A stretch of 64,000 nt of DNA, taken from Octopus sinensis (lineage: Eukaryota). The DNA lies in assembly GCF_006345805.1 (NCBI RefSeq), contig NC_043000.1, forward strand, positions 122,822,001 through 122,886,000, written 5' to 3'. The notes beneath the pieces are model-generated. The model did not search any database. It saw nothing but the letters and a program-made list of their open reading frames with translations, and was not told where the DNA came from. A program made the position numbers and the translations under genes. Every line of letters starts with the position of its first letter. The stretch's first letter is position 1. Of this stretch, positions 1-13,550 are shown one piece after another.

Positions 1-49
1 GTGCGTGTATGAAGGTGGGTGATTGTGTTAGTGTTGAGGTTTCAATACA

Positions 50-112
50 CAATATATATACAATATATACGTAGACTCACATACACACATACATACATGT
101 GTGTATATCTAT

Positions 113-156
<44 letters not shown>

Positions 157-216
157 CTTTTCATATGCTCTTTTCTATATGTATATACACTCCCACTTGT
201 ATACACACACACACAA

Positions 217-311
<95 letters not shown>

Positions 312-320
312 TATATTCAC

Positions 321-375
<55 letters not shown>
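50..375. repeat. compound (TA)n/(CA)n microsatellite
   Basis: Long pure TA runs with CA interruptions; source of the YI-repeat ORFs. Confidence 0.95.
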
Positions 376-695
376 TTTCATTGTACTCTCCACATTTTAT
401 ATGTACATCCCCTTTTCACTTATTTTTTACATTATATACATACTTACTCTCACTGATATATATTATATATTATATATATATAAAATGTACGCATGATTTT
501 TAATTATTGTAAATCTTACACTCAGAAGGGGGCCGGTTTCCAAAAAAGACACAAGGCTCCATCCTTGGGATGTAGTTAACACAAACAAATTCTTATTTGG
601 AACTTGAGAAAATCTTACATATTTTTACTGTTCCATTCACAGATTTCACTTGTACAAATTAACCGGTCGACTTCTCTCTCATCCAGATTCTACTT

Positions 696-727
<32 letters not shown>

Positions 728-2087
728 TGTATGTATGTATGTATGTATGTATGTATGTATGCATGCATGCATTCATGTATGTATGACTGTATATATGTAT
801 GCATATCGAGAGACAGACAGTGATAAAGTTAAAGAGTATCAAATACCAGACAACAGACACTTGAAATGATGTGTCGTAATTACCGAAATAGCAACAGAAA
901 CCATATCGATATGATAAAGGAAGATTATCTTAAGAATCTGTCACTATCTCCTAAGGCAGCGAATTGGAAGAATCGTTAGAGCATGATGTAGAAAACATCT
1001 CAAAATTTGATACGACTCTCTTCACTTCAAGTTCAAATCCCGCCGTGGTAAACATTCCTTGTCATCCTTCTTTGGCCCATAAAATGCTACCGATCGAGAA
1101 AGATGGACTGACGGAGTTGTAAGAACTGTGGATTCGATGCAATGCAATATTTGTTCCGACTCCTTGCGTTCCAAGTTCAAATCCTCTCATTGCTTACTGT
1201 CATTGTTTAACACTATTTCCCGGCATCTTGGATGGATGCCTTTTAGGATTCGGGTTATGTTTCCAGTTTAAAGATAGCTTCCTCCCTCACCCCCATCACT
1301 TTCGGCGGCCCTGTATTATAGCAAATGATCATACACGCTGCCTTTCTCTCTGACTAACAGAAATAAACGTATACTCTGAAGTTACTGACACTATGTCATT
1401 TGTCCGCCTGTTTTATATTTCCCACCTAAACTTGTTACTGAATAAACGCTTCATCGAATCGTTTTATCCGAGTATTGCATACTTCTAATACCTTCCGAAA
1501 TCAGTAAATCCATACCTTAATTATTTAATTCAGTTTGATACGTGCCCATTCTCATCACTTATATTCACTATAAGCAGTCTCACTCTCTCATACACCTGTT
1601 ATGTAATAAACAACTTTCACAATTTTTTTTTCTCTTTTTAAACAAATGCATTCTCTCGAATCATCTTTTCACCTAATGCCTCATTCATCTTCTTCTCAAC
1701 CTATTATGATCTTCCAACTTTAACCCTGCAAAAATTTTATTTCAAATATACGTATTGTCCCTAAATATTTGTATTTATCAAAAGAACAGAAACTGAAAAA
1801 AAGAAAAACAACTACAAAAAACAGATTGCATGAACTTACATCTATAGCGAAAACAAAACAAACATAAACGAATGACATTTCGCTGTAAATCGCATGTTTG
1901 AATGAGTTTGTGCATACAACATTGTTAAATGAGGTACACGAGAAATGGTGACATTAATACATTACCCACAAATGTTTTATTGATACGAATTTGAAAAGAT
2001 ACAAACATACACACTCGGGTAACCTCATAAACCTACACACACGAATACGTTAACGTATTCACGCACCGGCACGCATACATATGTCAT

Positions 2088-2129
<42 letters not shown>

Positions 2130-2134
2130 GCCAT

Positions 2135-2170
<36 letters not shown>

Positions 2171-2268
2171 TTGCCATCCATATATATAGAGATATCAAGA
2201 GATGGTAGGGATAGCTTCGGCTATCTCCTTACATGTTGGAAAAGGTACGAAAAACTTCTATAATTCAC

Positions 2269-2425
2269 CTTCATACGAATGGTAGTTGTCAGCGGGTGAG
2301 ACGAACAAAACAATATTTTCAAAATTACTGTCAATAGTTGGAAGTTTCGTCAACTTAATAGTGTTATTGGTAGTATGCTCGCCGCGCGCCAAAACAACAA
2401 TGGCGGAGCGATTCTGTTGTTCCAT
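2269..2425 (-). CDS. candidate first coding exon of an unidentified gene (52 codons + phase 1)
   Basis: Minus strand: strong acceptor ttctctctccttatttttcag| at 2460/2459, ATG at 2425 in gacATGg context, open frame MEQQNRSAIVVLARGEHTTNNTIKLTKLPTIDSNFENIVLFVSPADNYHSYE, donor AAG|GTGAAT at 2269/2268; upstream donor CAG|GTAAGT at 2826/2825 gives a 366-nt GT-AG intron. No homology recognised. Confidence 0.35.
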
Positions 2426-2650
2426 GTCTTTCTGTTGTCGGATCAGTTTCGCTATTTACCTGAAAAATAAGGAGAGAGAATTAGATTTTGAGGCAAGCAA
2501 GATTTTGTCAAAAAAATGAAATGTTAAACCCACTAAATCAACTAAATCTCAATTTATCTGCAAACCGTCTGTGTGTGTGTGTATACATACATACATACAT
2601 ACATACATACAAATACATATACACACATACACACATACTCATATAGATAC

Positions 2651-2685
<35 letters not shown>

Positions 2686-3790
2686 CATATTCTTTCCAAT
2701 GTTACTTCTTGTGTGTTCTGTTGGTTAAGATTCCTAGTTTTGGCAGTGGTGACCCTGATTCAATGCGCATGTTCAGAACATCATTTCCGCTGTTTACAGT
2801 GTCTGCCACGATAACACCGACTTACCTGGAACCAGTTAAAGAGATGCTTACGTACATCAGTTATTCGATGCATGCGGTAGTACTAAGCATTAAGAACCAA
2901 TCTTTCTCTGTATGTCTCTGTCACATGATCGTTTAAAATATTTAACATCATCATTGTCAGCATTTTGAATCTGTTGTTTGGCTTCAAACGCCAAAACCAA
3001 TTGATTAATTTCGTTTTGTTTACATTTTACCTTCAGATTTCCGGAGATAAAGGAATGAAAATAATTTCTTTGAAGTCTAAGCTATTATTGGGTCTCTTAT
3101 AAATTACATTTCATCACAAACATTCCTATATTTCAAGTTCTACTATGAAACATATTCAATATGCTACTTCTGCTTGGCTATATGTTTGATGCAAATTGCT
3201 TATATATGTTTCTAACTAATTTCATTACAGACAACTCAAACTTTAAAAGCTATGTTCGCCTGGTGGTTCTCAAAATAGGACAAAACAATTGCACATTACG
3301 TTCTCTTGTTAGGATTCCTAGATTGTAGATATTTGTGTTTCTGAGCATTTGGTGAGTGCAATTTGATGTTAGTCTGTAGTTACCTACAGGTAGCTGATAG
3401 TTTTACATAAAAGCTTGCTAGTTTTCCTTTTTTGTATTTTTTGTATCTCTACTATTAAATCGATCAATCACGGTGGCTAGGTTTCTGTTAATGTCAGCAG
3501 TAATATAAACAGAAATATGTACTTCTATGTTTTTTGTTGCGAGGTTGGGGAGTTGCTTTCGTAGTAATTCTAACAAGAAATACACGGAATATAAATTTTA
3601 GCGGCCTTCCTCGATCACATGCAGAGCAATAAGAAGACTAAAGTTTGGTCAACGTACAGTTTGTATTTAATTTGTGACAGTACACAATTTAATCCCCTGC
3701 ATGATTAAGGTCGCACTGCTCGAGGCTTTGTATCGAAATCCACAGGAATCAGTACAGTATATATTAAGGTTTGAGCATCACTGATATATA

Positions 3791-4206
3791 GGGCGGCGAG
3801 CTAGCAGAATCGTTAGCACGTCGGGCGAAATGCTTAGCGGTATTTCGTCTGCCGTTACGTTGTGAGTTCAAATTCCGCCGAGGTCGACTTTACCTTTCAT
3901 CCTTTCGGGGTCGATAAATTAAGTACCAGTTAAGCACTGGGGTCGATATAATCGACTTAATACCTATGTCTGTCCATGTTTGTCCCCTCTATGTTCAGCC
4001 CCTTGTGGGTAATAAAGAAATAGGTATTTCGTCTGTCGTTACGTTCTGATTTCAAATTCCGCCGAGGTCGACTTTGCCTTTCATCTTTTCGGGGTCGATA
4101 AATAAAGTATCAGTTTCTCACCGGGGTCGTTTTAATCGACTTAATCCCTTTGTCTGTCCTTGTTTGTCCCCTCTATGTTTAGCTCCTTGTGGGCAATAAA
4201 GAAATA
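3791..4206 (+). mobile_element. tRNA-derived SINE family A, head-to-tail dimer
   Basis: Head ggcggcgagctagcagaatcgttagc, B-box-like gagttcaaattcc, core cctttcatcctttcggggtcgataaattaagtaccag, tail ...tgtgggcaataaagaaata; second unit starts at ggtatttcgtctg. Confidence 0.9.
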
Positions 4207-4810
4207 TATATAGGATGGAAATATATGTCCCATGGGAGACTGGCCTCTAGGATAAATAAAAACAATGTGTAGTGTTTATTCCTGTGTTTAAAACAGAAGA
4301 ATTCGAATTAATAGATTTTCTTCAAATGTGTGTGTTGTTGGGTGAGCCACCATTGACAAATTCTGAAGTTCATAACCTAAATAAGGAGGAGAGGTGAAAA
4401 ACTGATAGAACTCAAGCTAAATGCCTCTCAGATATGTACATAATACTTCGCAATGGTGTGCGTTTCTTACTTGCAGGAAGTCAAATTATAGTTCGACTCT
4501 GAAATATTTCTCTAAACTGCGACATCCCTTGTGTACTTTCGATAATTTTAAAGGTTTCAACTTCGAAGTGACGTCATTGAAGATGATTTATCAAATTTTA
4601 TGAGGTGGAGGAAATTTAGGAGACAGCTGTTTGTAACAAAGTAGTAGTGCTATGGTTTCCTTTCAAGGAAGTTGCTTGTAATTCCATGATGTTTTAACGA
4701 CACAAGTAGAGGCACCAGTCAAGTAACAAGTGTTCAGTCGTACAGTGAATCCTTGTACCGATAATAATAATCATAATAACAATAATAATAATAATAATAA
4801 TAATAATATA

Positions 4811-4841
<31 letters not shown>

Positions 4842-5010
4842 TAATAATTGGAATCAGTTTAAGCTAGCCACTAAGTTTCTTTGGCCTTCATGAGAGAAAG
4901 AATACCAGTAGATTGTATGCAGGGCGTTTAATGGCTTATAGTTAATTACAATGTATAGTAAGTAGAAATTAACTGGAATAGTTCATTACAAAAAGTTTAT
5001 CTTACATTTT

Positions 5011-5447
5011 GTGAAGGTGCATGACTCAAGTGAAGATGTATGGCTCAAGTGAAGGTGCATGGCTCAAGTGAAGGTGCATGGATCAAGTGAAGGCACATGG
5101 CTCAAGCGAAGGCGCATGGATCAAGTAAAGGCGCATGGCTCAAGTGAAGGCGCATGGCTCGAGTGAAGGCACATGGCTCAAGTGAAGACACATAGCTCAA
5201 ATGAAGGCGCATGGCTCAAGTGAAGGTGCGTGGCTCAAAGAAAGGCGCATGTCTCAAGTGAAGGCGGATGGCTCAAGTGAAAGCGGATGGCTCAAGTGAA
5301 GGCATATAGCTCAAGTGAAGGCGCATGGCTCAAGCGAAGGCGCATGGATCAAGTGAAGGCGCATGGATCAAGTGAAGGCACATGGCTCAAGCGAAGGCGA
5401 ATGGATCAAGTGAAGGCGCATGGCTCAAGTGAAGGCACATGGCTCAG
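5011..5447 (+). repeat. 19-bp minisatellite, 23 units (GTGAAGGCGCATGGCTCAA)
   Basis: Units in register every 19 nt from 5011 to 5429; last unit runs into a SINE head. Confidence 0.95.
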
Positions 5448-5772
5448 TTGTTAAAGCGTCGGGCTCACGATCATGAGGCAGTGAGTTTGATTCCTGGACT
5501 GGGCTGTGTGTTGTGTTCTTGAGCACGACACTATTTTATATTGTTCCAGTTCACTATAGAAACGACTTGCTGTAGAAACGAGTTACGATGTCACTGGTGC
5601 CAAGCTTTATCGGCCTCTGCCTTTCTCTTGGGTAACATAGGCGGCATGGAGAGGTGAGACTGGTATGCATGGGCGACTGCTGGTCTTGCATAAGCAGCCT
5701 TGTCCGGACTTGTTCCTTGGAGGGTAGCTTTCTAGGTGCAATCCCATGGTCATACATGACCGAGAGTGCTTT
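5434..5772 (+). mobile_element. tRNA-derived SINE family C
   Basis: Head ggcacatggctcagttgttaaagcgtcgggctcacgatcatgag...gagtttgattcc, then tgttcttgagcacgacac core shared with copies at 12694 and 37435. Confidence 0.85.
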
Positions 5773-6514
5773 ATACTCTTATCTTACCTTTACAATTACT
5801 CAAAAAAACATAGTGTAGTGCACAGTGAGTAAAGGAATGAATCCACATTGTCAGCGCATTCACTATTTGCATATAGACGGTCGAGTGGCGCACAAATTTG
5901 TATATACTATAAATTAATATGTGCAACTAATCTATCCGTGAATTAAAAGACGTCCATAGTTTGCTGTTCAAAATCCGAATAGACTTGTGACTAATCATAT
6001 CTATCTCAGTTTTTCTGCATGACTAGACCTGTAGTTTAATCTCGCTATTTCTACCATCAACGCTAAAGTTGTATGCTTATATTAATTTTTTTTTCAGTAA
6101 TGGCTCTGATGAAAGCAGCGTTAATTTTCTTAAGTCGTTCAATTTACCTGAATTGATTAATTGAGTAAACCTATCTATAATGACTATTGGAAACAGCTGT
6201 AAGCCAAATATGCTCTAATAAAGGAATTATATGTAATGAGGATTATTTTTTAAGTTGTCTCTTATATATATATCACTCTGTAAAAAACAGTTCATCTGAA
6301 GCCCATCCACGGATCTACAATATAGAATTATGATGATCTATAACTTGAGACCCAACCGAAAGATTACTTGGAGTTCTCACACTAATCAAAGAAATACTGT
6401 TACCCTTGTGTGCCAACAGAGAGCTTATGAAGTATTTTTCCCGGATTGATAATTCCTCACTATTTGTTGTATATATATATATATATATATATACACACAA
6501 CACTATGGGTGTAA

Positions 6515-6772
6515 TGCTGAAGGAAAGGATCGCAAGACTGGTTCTTCAAGCCGAGCCAATTGGCAGAAGAGCGAAGGGTTGATCATGAGCGTGATGTTTG
6601 GATAATATCCATAAAATCAGTTGCTTACCCTTGGGTATCCAACGGGAAAGTTTAGTGAGGGTTCTGATAGAATCCTATAGAAGAGGTACCCAAAAGCTCC
6701 ATCTCCCGACCGCGACCCTTCCAGGAAAATTCATCGCTGAAAATGGATGAATGGATGGACGGAGAAAAATCC
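6515..6772 (+). mobile_element. RTE-clade LINE 3' fragment
   Basis: Degenerate translation RIARLVLQAEPIGRRAKG..CLDNIHKI.. resembles RTE ORF C-termini; ends in a (GATG/ATGG)n tail. Confidence 0.55.
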
Positions 6773-7550
6773 TGTCGAATTCATTATGAATTAATTATTC
6801 ACTAAGCCATTTAAAAAATCTACCTTCATGTTCGCTGGGATTATTTATTAATTTTTGTCATTTCACATTTCATTAAATATGTACGTTTACCAGAAAGTGA
6901 AGTCAGTTTTATTTCCTCTGGACACATGATTTAACGCTTATAAGGGAAAAGATAAAATGTTCTCATGATATTCATGCCTTTCTCATTACAGCCAATGTAT
7001 TTTGGGTGTTAATAAATATTGGAATATTGAATTTATAGTACAAAGAAATACAGCATTCGAATTATATCAGCAACATGAGTACATACATACATACATACCT
7101 ACATACATGCCTACACATATGCATATATAAATATGTATAAGTACATAACTACAGCTGTAAAAAGAGAAAATTTGTACCATTATAAATTATATTACGAATA
7201 CACACACACAAACACACATGTACATACGAAAGTACGTACGTAAGTATGTATGTATGTATATCCGTAATATAATTTATAGAGGTATAAATTTTGTCTATTT
7301 ACAGCTACAGACAGAAAATTGTTTTCCTGTCTTTGAAACTTACTATTTCATTACAGTCAGTGCATTTATTTCCACGTTAATGTGTCTGTGTAACGAATAC
7401 AGGTGTTTTGGGGTAATTCGATTTGAGGTTTGGTCATCTTAGAAGAGTAGAATGTATCGGCAAAGAAATGATATCCTTCTGTGTAGAACATTGTACATGT
7501 ACAGACACATACGAACACACACACACGCGCACACATGCACATACAGGTAT

Positions 7551-7946
7551 CTCTTTTACTCTTCTACTTGTTTCAGTCATTTGACTGCGGCCATGATGGA
7601 GCACCGCCTTTAGTCAAGCAAATCGACCCCAGGAATTATTCTTTGTAAGCCTAGTACTTATTCTATCGGTCTCTTTTGCCGAACAGCTAGCTACGGGGAC
7701 GTAAACACACCAGCATCGGTTGTCAAGCGATGTTGGGGGGACAAACACAGACACATAAACACACACACATATATACATATATACGACGGGCTTTTTTTCA
7801 GTTTCCGTCTGCCAAATCCACTCACAAGGCTTTGGTCGGCCCGAGACTAGTAGAAGACACTTGCTCAAGGTGCCACGCAGTGGGAATGAACCCGGAACCA
7901 TGTGGTTGGTAAGCAAGCTACTTACCACACAGCCACTCCTGCGCCT
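7551..7946 (-). mobile_element. tRNA-derived SINE family B (internal TA/TG microsatellite)
   Basis: Reverse complement of ggcgcaggagtggctgtgtggtaagtagcttgc...gcggtgctccatcatggccgcagtcaaatgactgaaacaagt with agtaaaagag tail; same family at 24446, 41800, 42990, 45107, 45850, 55853. Confidence 0.9.
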
Positions 7947-9254
7947 ATATACATAAATCTATGCATACATTGACTCGTACGTACATACATACACTCGTAC
8001 ATTACATACATACATACATATTGCTTTTTTGTATTTATATTCGTATTATTTTTTTTGTAATTATATTCGTGTAAAACCGTCCGTTTTTCTGTCCTTGTTT
8101 CGTATACATTCGATTCTTTTTCCAAGGAATCTAATGCTCTTAGCTTAGTCTTTCCTTAGGGCTGGCCAGATTGGAGCAATCTCAAGATTAATCAGCCGAA
8201 ATAGCGAGGATGATCCGGTTCTTGACTGAAGATTAAAGGCTTCGAATGGGCCGTACGTAATTTTTGTATCGTCTATTTGGATGTTTTGCGTTCTTCTTCC
8301 ATTTTGTAATTTTAATATATACATACATACATACATACATACATACATACATACATACATACATACATACATACATGCATACAAACATACACGTGTCTGT
8401 ATGCGTCTAATATCATGCACGAGTTTAGCAAAACGCATCATACAACATACCCAAAAACTAAGACTATACACCGAAACACGTTCAATAAAAGATTTAAGAT
8501 AAATTAAAGATTTTCAATGCTACGGCAACTGTCCATGTGATAGAAATAGAACGGATATGAAAATGAAGAATATATCATAAAAAATATATTTGGTCTATGG
8601 CTAATAATCCGCGACAGTTCAAGCATTTCTTTTCTGTAAACAAGGTTAGCTTGCTTCAAGGATGCGAAAGAAATGTTTTGGGCTGTCTGCTAAATTTATA
8701 TCAGCTGTTTTAACACAAGGTAATTGAAGGTATAAAATTCAGAAACAGCGGGAATGTAAATAGAATAAAAATATAAACTACTTGCTTACGAAGGCAATGG
8801 AAGGTTCTAAATATTACAGAGAAGGTAAAACATGTTATATGTAGATATGTTCATGTGTAATACAAAACACCGCGTTTCGGGGCGTTTTGTAGGATTTTTT
8901 TTATATTTCATGAGTAATTTATTCTTTTATATTTATTTTATTTTAGTTATTGAACTGCAATGATGCTGTGGCACTGCCTTCAACACACATACACACAGAA
9001 AAGCAACATTACAGCGGGAGGGACGAAAACAAACCAACATCGGCTGAATGGACAAACTCAAAAAGAGGACACACACATACATAAACATGCGTATACTTAC
9101 ACACATCGCCCCCCCCCATATATATCTACAATGAGCTTCCACACGCATTCTTTCTACCAAGTTTACTCACAAGACTTTGGGCGGCCCGACGCCTTAGTAT
9201 TGGGTTGGCTAAAAATGTCTCTTCGGTTTTTTAAGGGAAAATAAGTTTTAAACA

Positions 9255-10090
9255 AAGCGATTTGTTCAATCAATAATATAATTAGTTTCGTTCAAGTATT
9301 TTCTGCAAATCTGTATACAGACCCATTATTCCCTGCTCATATAATTTCCTGTCTTTACCGGTGAAAAACTCTTCCAGCTGAACTCATACACCCTCTCTAG
9401 AGTTGAAAATCTCTCCATTCAATGAAAAGATGAAAACTGATTGGCATCTGAAGGTGCAAGGGCGGATGAATAAGGAGAACACAGCAAAACCTCCCAGCTA
9501 ATCCCCAATAATTTCTGCCGTGTCACCAAGGAAATTTGCAGTGTGACATTTTTGGGCTGAAAAATAATGACTTTATGGTTAGCAGGTACTGGACACTCCT
9601 CATGCATTGCTTCGTTTCAATTGTCCAGCTGGTCACAGTGTGCATCCGAATGGATGTTTCTGGCCGTGTGAGGAACCTCGTAAACGACAACACACTGAAC
9701 TCTATGCAAATTGAAAGCGTAACCTTTTTTTTCATGAGCAGTCCTGCACTGGAGGTTGTTTGTGGTGGTTCACTGCGCTTCCACAATGATAGTTTGCATT
9801 TCTCGTTGTCGCATTGTTATAGACTATCCATTTTCTGTTTTCCTGTCACAATTCGTTTCAAAAAAGGATCGTTTTCGTCACATTTCTGCCATGAATTTCA
9901 GATAGATATCTGTCGGACAAGGCGAGCTTCATTCAACTGATGTGTGATCCAAACATCGAGCCTGGTGGCATAACCAAGTTGATGTAGATGGTTTTTAACA
10001 TTCCATTTCGATATTTAGGGAATATCTGAGATAAGTTGGGTCGTATAATGGATGCTGCTGTCGCAATTAAAATCAGTTAGCCGGCCAGAA
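9255..10090 (-). mobile_element. decayed mariner transposase
   Basis: Minus-strand fragments with frameshifts: RSGR, TRLDVWITHQLNE (WVPHEL motif), QKLLGISWEVLLCSPYSSALAPSD (YSPDLAPSD motif), C-terminal FFTGKDRKLYEQGIM. Confidence 0.85.
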
Positions 10091-10580
10091 CGAGATGCAC
10101 CTTCAACCGAGGAGTAAGTATTTATCAAGTGCACGCGTACAAGATACAGACTAAATCTGGCTACTCATTAGAGTGCTTGAAGTTTAGTGTCAACAAAAAA
10201 CGAACGGACCCTTTGGCCACCTCGACAGTTTGCTTAAGTTACTGTACTGTGAGATTGAACCAGAGACTTACAAAGCGGGTATTTAAATGTTTGATCGACT
10301 GGATTTCTTGCTGATTGAATTATTGTGTAAGTGTCCGAGTATTCCACAGGAATATGTTCACTTAACGTAATTCCAGACAGAATCAGGCAACATAGTATGT
10401 GCGACAAGGCTGACCTTTTCACCTAAAAGTAAAATGCATCTAACTTTCTTCCATAGAGTTTCCATTCTCCCAGCTTTATTTACAAGATATGGATCGACAT
10501 GAAGTTATAGAATATGACATTCACCCATGATGCCACATTGCGGGATCCAGTCCTAGAACTCGTGGTCCCGAAGCATACCT

Positions 10581-10812
10581 ATTTCTTTACTACCCACAAG
10601 GGACTAAACACAGAGAGAACAAACAAGGACAGACAAATGGATTAAGTCGATTACATGGACCCCAGTGCGTAACTGGTACTTAATTCATCGACCCCGAAAG
10701 GATGAAAAGCAAAGTCGACCTCGGCGGAATTTGAACTCAGAACGTAACGGCAGACGAAATACCGAACAGCATTTCGCACGGCGTGCTAACGTTTCTGCCA
10801 GCTCGCCGCCTT
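10581..10812 (-). mobile_element. SINE family A, full length, with ~17-bp TSD
   Basis: Flanked by ggtcccgaagcatacct (10564-10580) and ggtcgcgaagcatacct (10816-10832). Confidence 0.9.
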
Positions 10813-11016
10813 GGCGGTCGCGAAGCATACCTCTTCACTATTTAGCTATACTAAACGTCTCTGTGGGTGTTGTCAAATTTCTACAAAAAGCACGCGCATA
10901 CAGAAACACTGAATTGCTCGCTCTGTTCAATTTATCATTGGATGACATGAACTCAAAGTATCCAGCTAAAAAGGACGCTCGTTGATTACAGCTAAGCTTC
11001 GATTATTTACAATACT

Positions 11017-11454
11017 GGGATCTTTTCGGTTTGAACGGCAGTTTTTTCTAGCGGTGTCATATGAAATTATCACCCATAATTATGACCCTAGTATCGATCT
11101 ATTGTATTTCAATGTGTTTTAGGGTTAGGGTTAGTTAGGATTAGGGTTAGGGGTGGGGGAAGGGTATCTTTATTTTCTCCTTCAGAAATGTAAATAAATC
11201 CAATCTGTTTCTTAAACGAAGGATGTATTCATACGGCACAGAATGTTTTCACCTCAATAAACGTCATTGATTGGTTGAAATTGCAGAAATTGAAGAAAAA
11301 AAACAACAAATATCTTACAAACTATAGAATTTTCTCAATAAAGCCAAGAGAAAAAGATGTTTTATAAACACATTCTACCAGTATTCGAAGTTTAAAAGTG
11401 TTTAGTTACGTGGAAATTATTTTTAAAAACTGCCGGTCAAACCGAAAAGGTCCC
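11017..11454. mobile_element. MITE with ~30-bp TIRs, 6-bp TSD (AATACT) and internal TTAGGG repeats
   Basis: Left end gggatcttttcggtttgaacggcagttttt, right end aaaaactgccggtcaaaccgaaaaggtccc; aatact at 11011-11016 and 11455-11460; near-identical inverted copy at 49406-49845. Confidence 0.9.
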
Positions 11455-12653
11455 AATACTAGGCAGCGAATATCCATTGCGAGTTACATATCTTGGTCAA
11501 AGTTATCATACAGCAGTTTGGTAACAGGGTATGAACCTACGATTCTTCGGTTAGCAGTACGACGTATCGACATGACAAGCGGCTAGTCTCTGAAAGAACA
11601 ATGTATTCTTAATTTAAACGAAAAGCTAAAACCGTTGCTAAATTATGAGTTATCCTTGAACATGATCCAACTTCACTTTAGAAATTTCTCGTGAGAAACA
11701 GATCGATTTCAGAACACAGTTATATTTGATTGAGTTTTATTTGATACTTTTCGTTTTGTTTTTGGCTTTCAGCCAGTTAACGGGTTTTGTTTTCGGCTGT
11801 TTTTGCATTTGATTTTTGCTTCATATAAATAGATATTCATCTTCTTAACAATTTGGAATAGAGCTAGACAGATGTAACTTCTCTTCTGCATGTCTCAATA
11901 AAGTAACTACTACTATCAGAGCAGACATCGAAGTTTCAAAACACGAACAAATAACATAAATCATTGACCACCTCCTCACATATGTGGGAAGTGAGTCAAA
12001 ATCTGAATAATATACAATTTATGTAATTGATTTCGAATAAAACTAAAACTCACAACATCAAGAGATTTTTGTACAGAGCATAATTCAGTAGATATAATTT
12101 CCTCATATGTAGTAAAATAAATCAAAGCAGTTGAAATGTATTTATAAGGAAAATAATTTTGAATGTTTCTTCAGGCTTTCGAGCGAAAATTGCATACATT
12201 TCGTTTGATGTAGATTTTGTCTAAGTAAGCTAATTGAAGGGGAATTGATCAGCACGGAAAATAGTATATCTACTGCAACATCACTAGCAACTAGCTATCA
12301 GACTCAGATTCCCATGAGTTGATATTTAACTGGAATATGAAAGCTGCTGTTGGGAGTGAAATAAGTTTTGCTATTTCCCAGTAAATATCAAAATGAATAA
12401 CTATTTCTTCTGACAAGGCACAACCCTGACTATTGTAGAGGAAAATATGTAGTCAAATAAATTGACACTTATACATATATACATCTATGTATGTATGCAT
12501 TATATATACATATATACATTTATGTATTCACACATATACGTGTATGTACTTATGTATATATGTGCATATATGTATATAATGTTTGTGTATGTTGTACATT
12601 TACATTCAAAAATACGTACATAGATATATATATATACATATTTATATACATAC

Positions 12654-12693
<40 letters not shown>

Positions 12694-12694
<1 letters not shown>

Positions 12695-12939
12695 GAGGCG
12701 CGTGGCTTAGTGGTTAGGGTGTCAGCAACATGATCGTAAGATTGTGGTTATTCTGACCGGGAGACAAGGTGTGTTCTTGAGCAAAACATTTCATTTTATG
12801 TTGCTCCAGTCCACTCAGATGACAAAAATTAGTAATGCTGCGATGGACTGGCGTCCCGTCCAGCTGGGGAACACATACGCCATAGAAACCGGGAAACCGG
12901 GCCCATGAGCCTGGCTAGGCTTTAAAAGAGCGCATTTAT
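12694..12939 (+). mobile_element. tRNA-derived SINE family C-related
   Basis: ggaggcgcgtggcttagtggttagggtgtcagc head; ttcttgagcaaaacatttcattttatgttgctccagtccactcag core. Confidence 0.8.
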
Positions 12940-12945
12940 ATTTAT

Positions 12946-13019
<74 letters not shown>

Positions 13020-13359
13020 TATATAGTAGGATATGAAACTTGTGTTTTACCTTTTACTCGCTTCAGTCATTGGATTGCGGCCATGCAGGGGAACCACCAT
13101 GAGGGATTTTGTAGTCGAACAAATCGAACCTAGTACTTAGGGTCTTTTTGTAATCTGATATTTATTCTACTTAGCTCTTTTGCCGAAGCGCTAAGCTGCA
13201 CAGATGTAAACAAGCTAGCATCAGTTCTCAACCGATGTGGAGTAACATACCAATACACAAAGACACACATATCCACACACTCATTTACACACATTTATAT
13301 ATATGTGCGTTATATTCATACATACATACACACACACACACATACATACATTTAGAGAT

Positions 13360-13427
<68 letters not shown>

Positions 13428-13466
13428 CAAGTAAAAAGTAAAAGAATCAAAAGGAACACACCTCAG

Positions 13467-13536
<70 letters not shown>

Positions 13537-13550
13537 TATATAATATTTAA

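Noticed and set aside
11119-11153. TTAGGG repeats as a chromosome end or fusion scar
   Set aside because: Short, degenerate and inside a TIR element present twice in the window.
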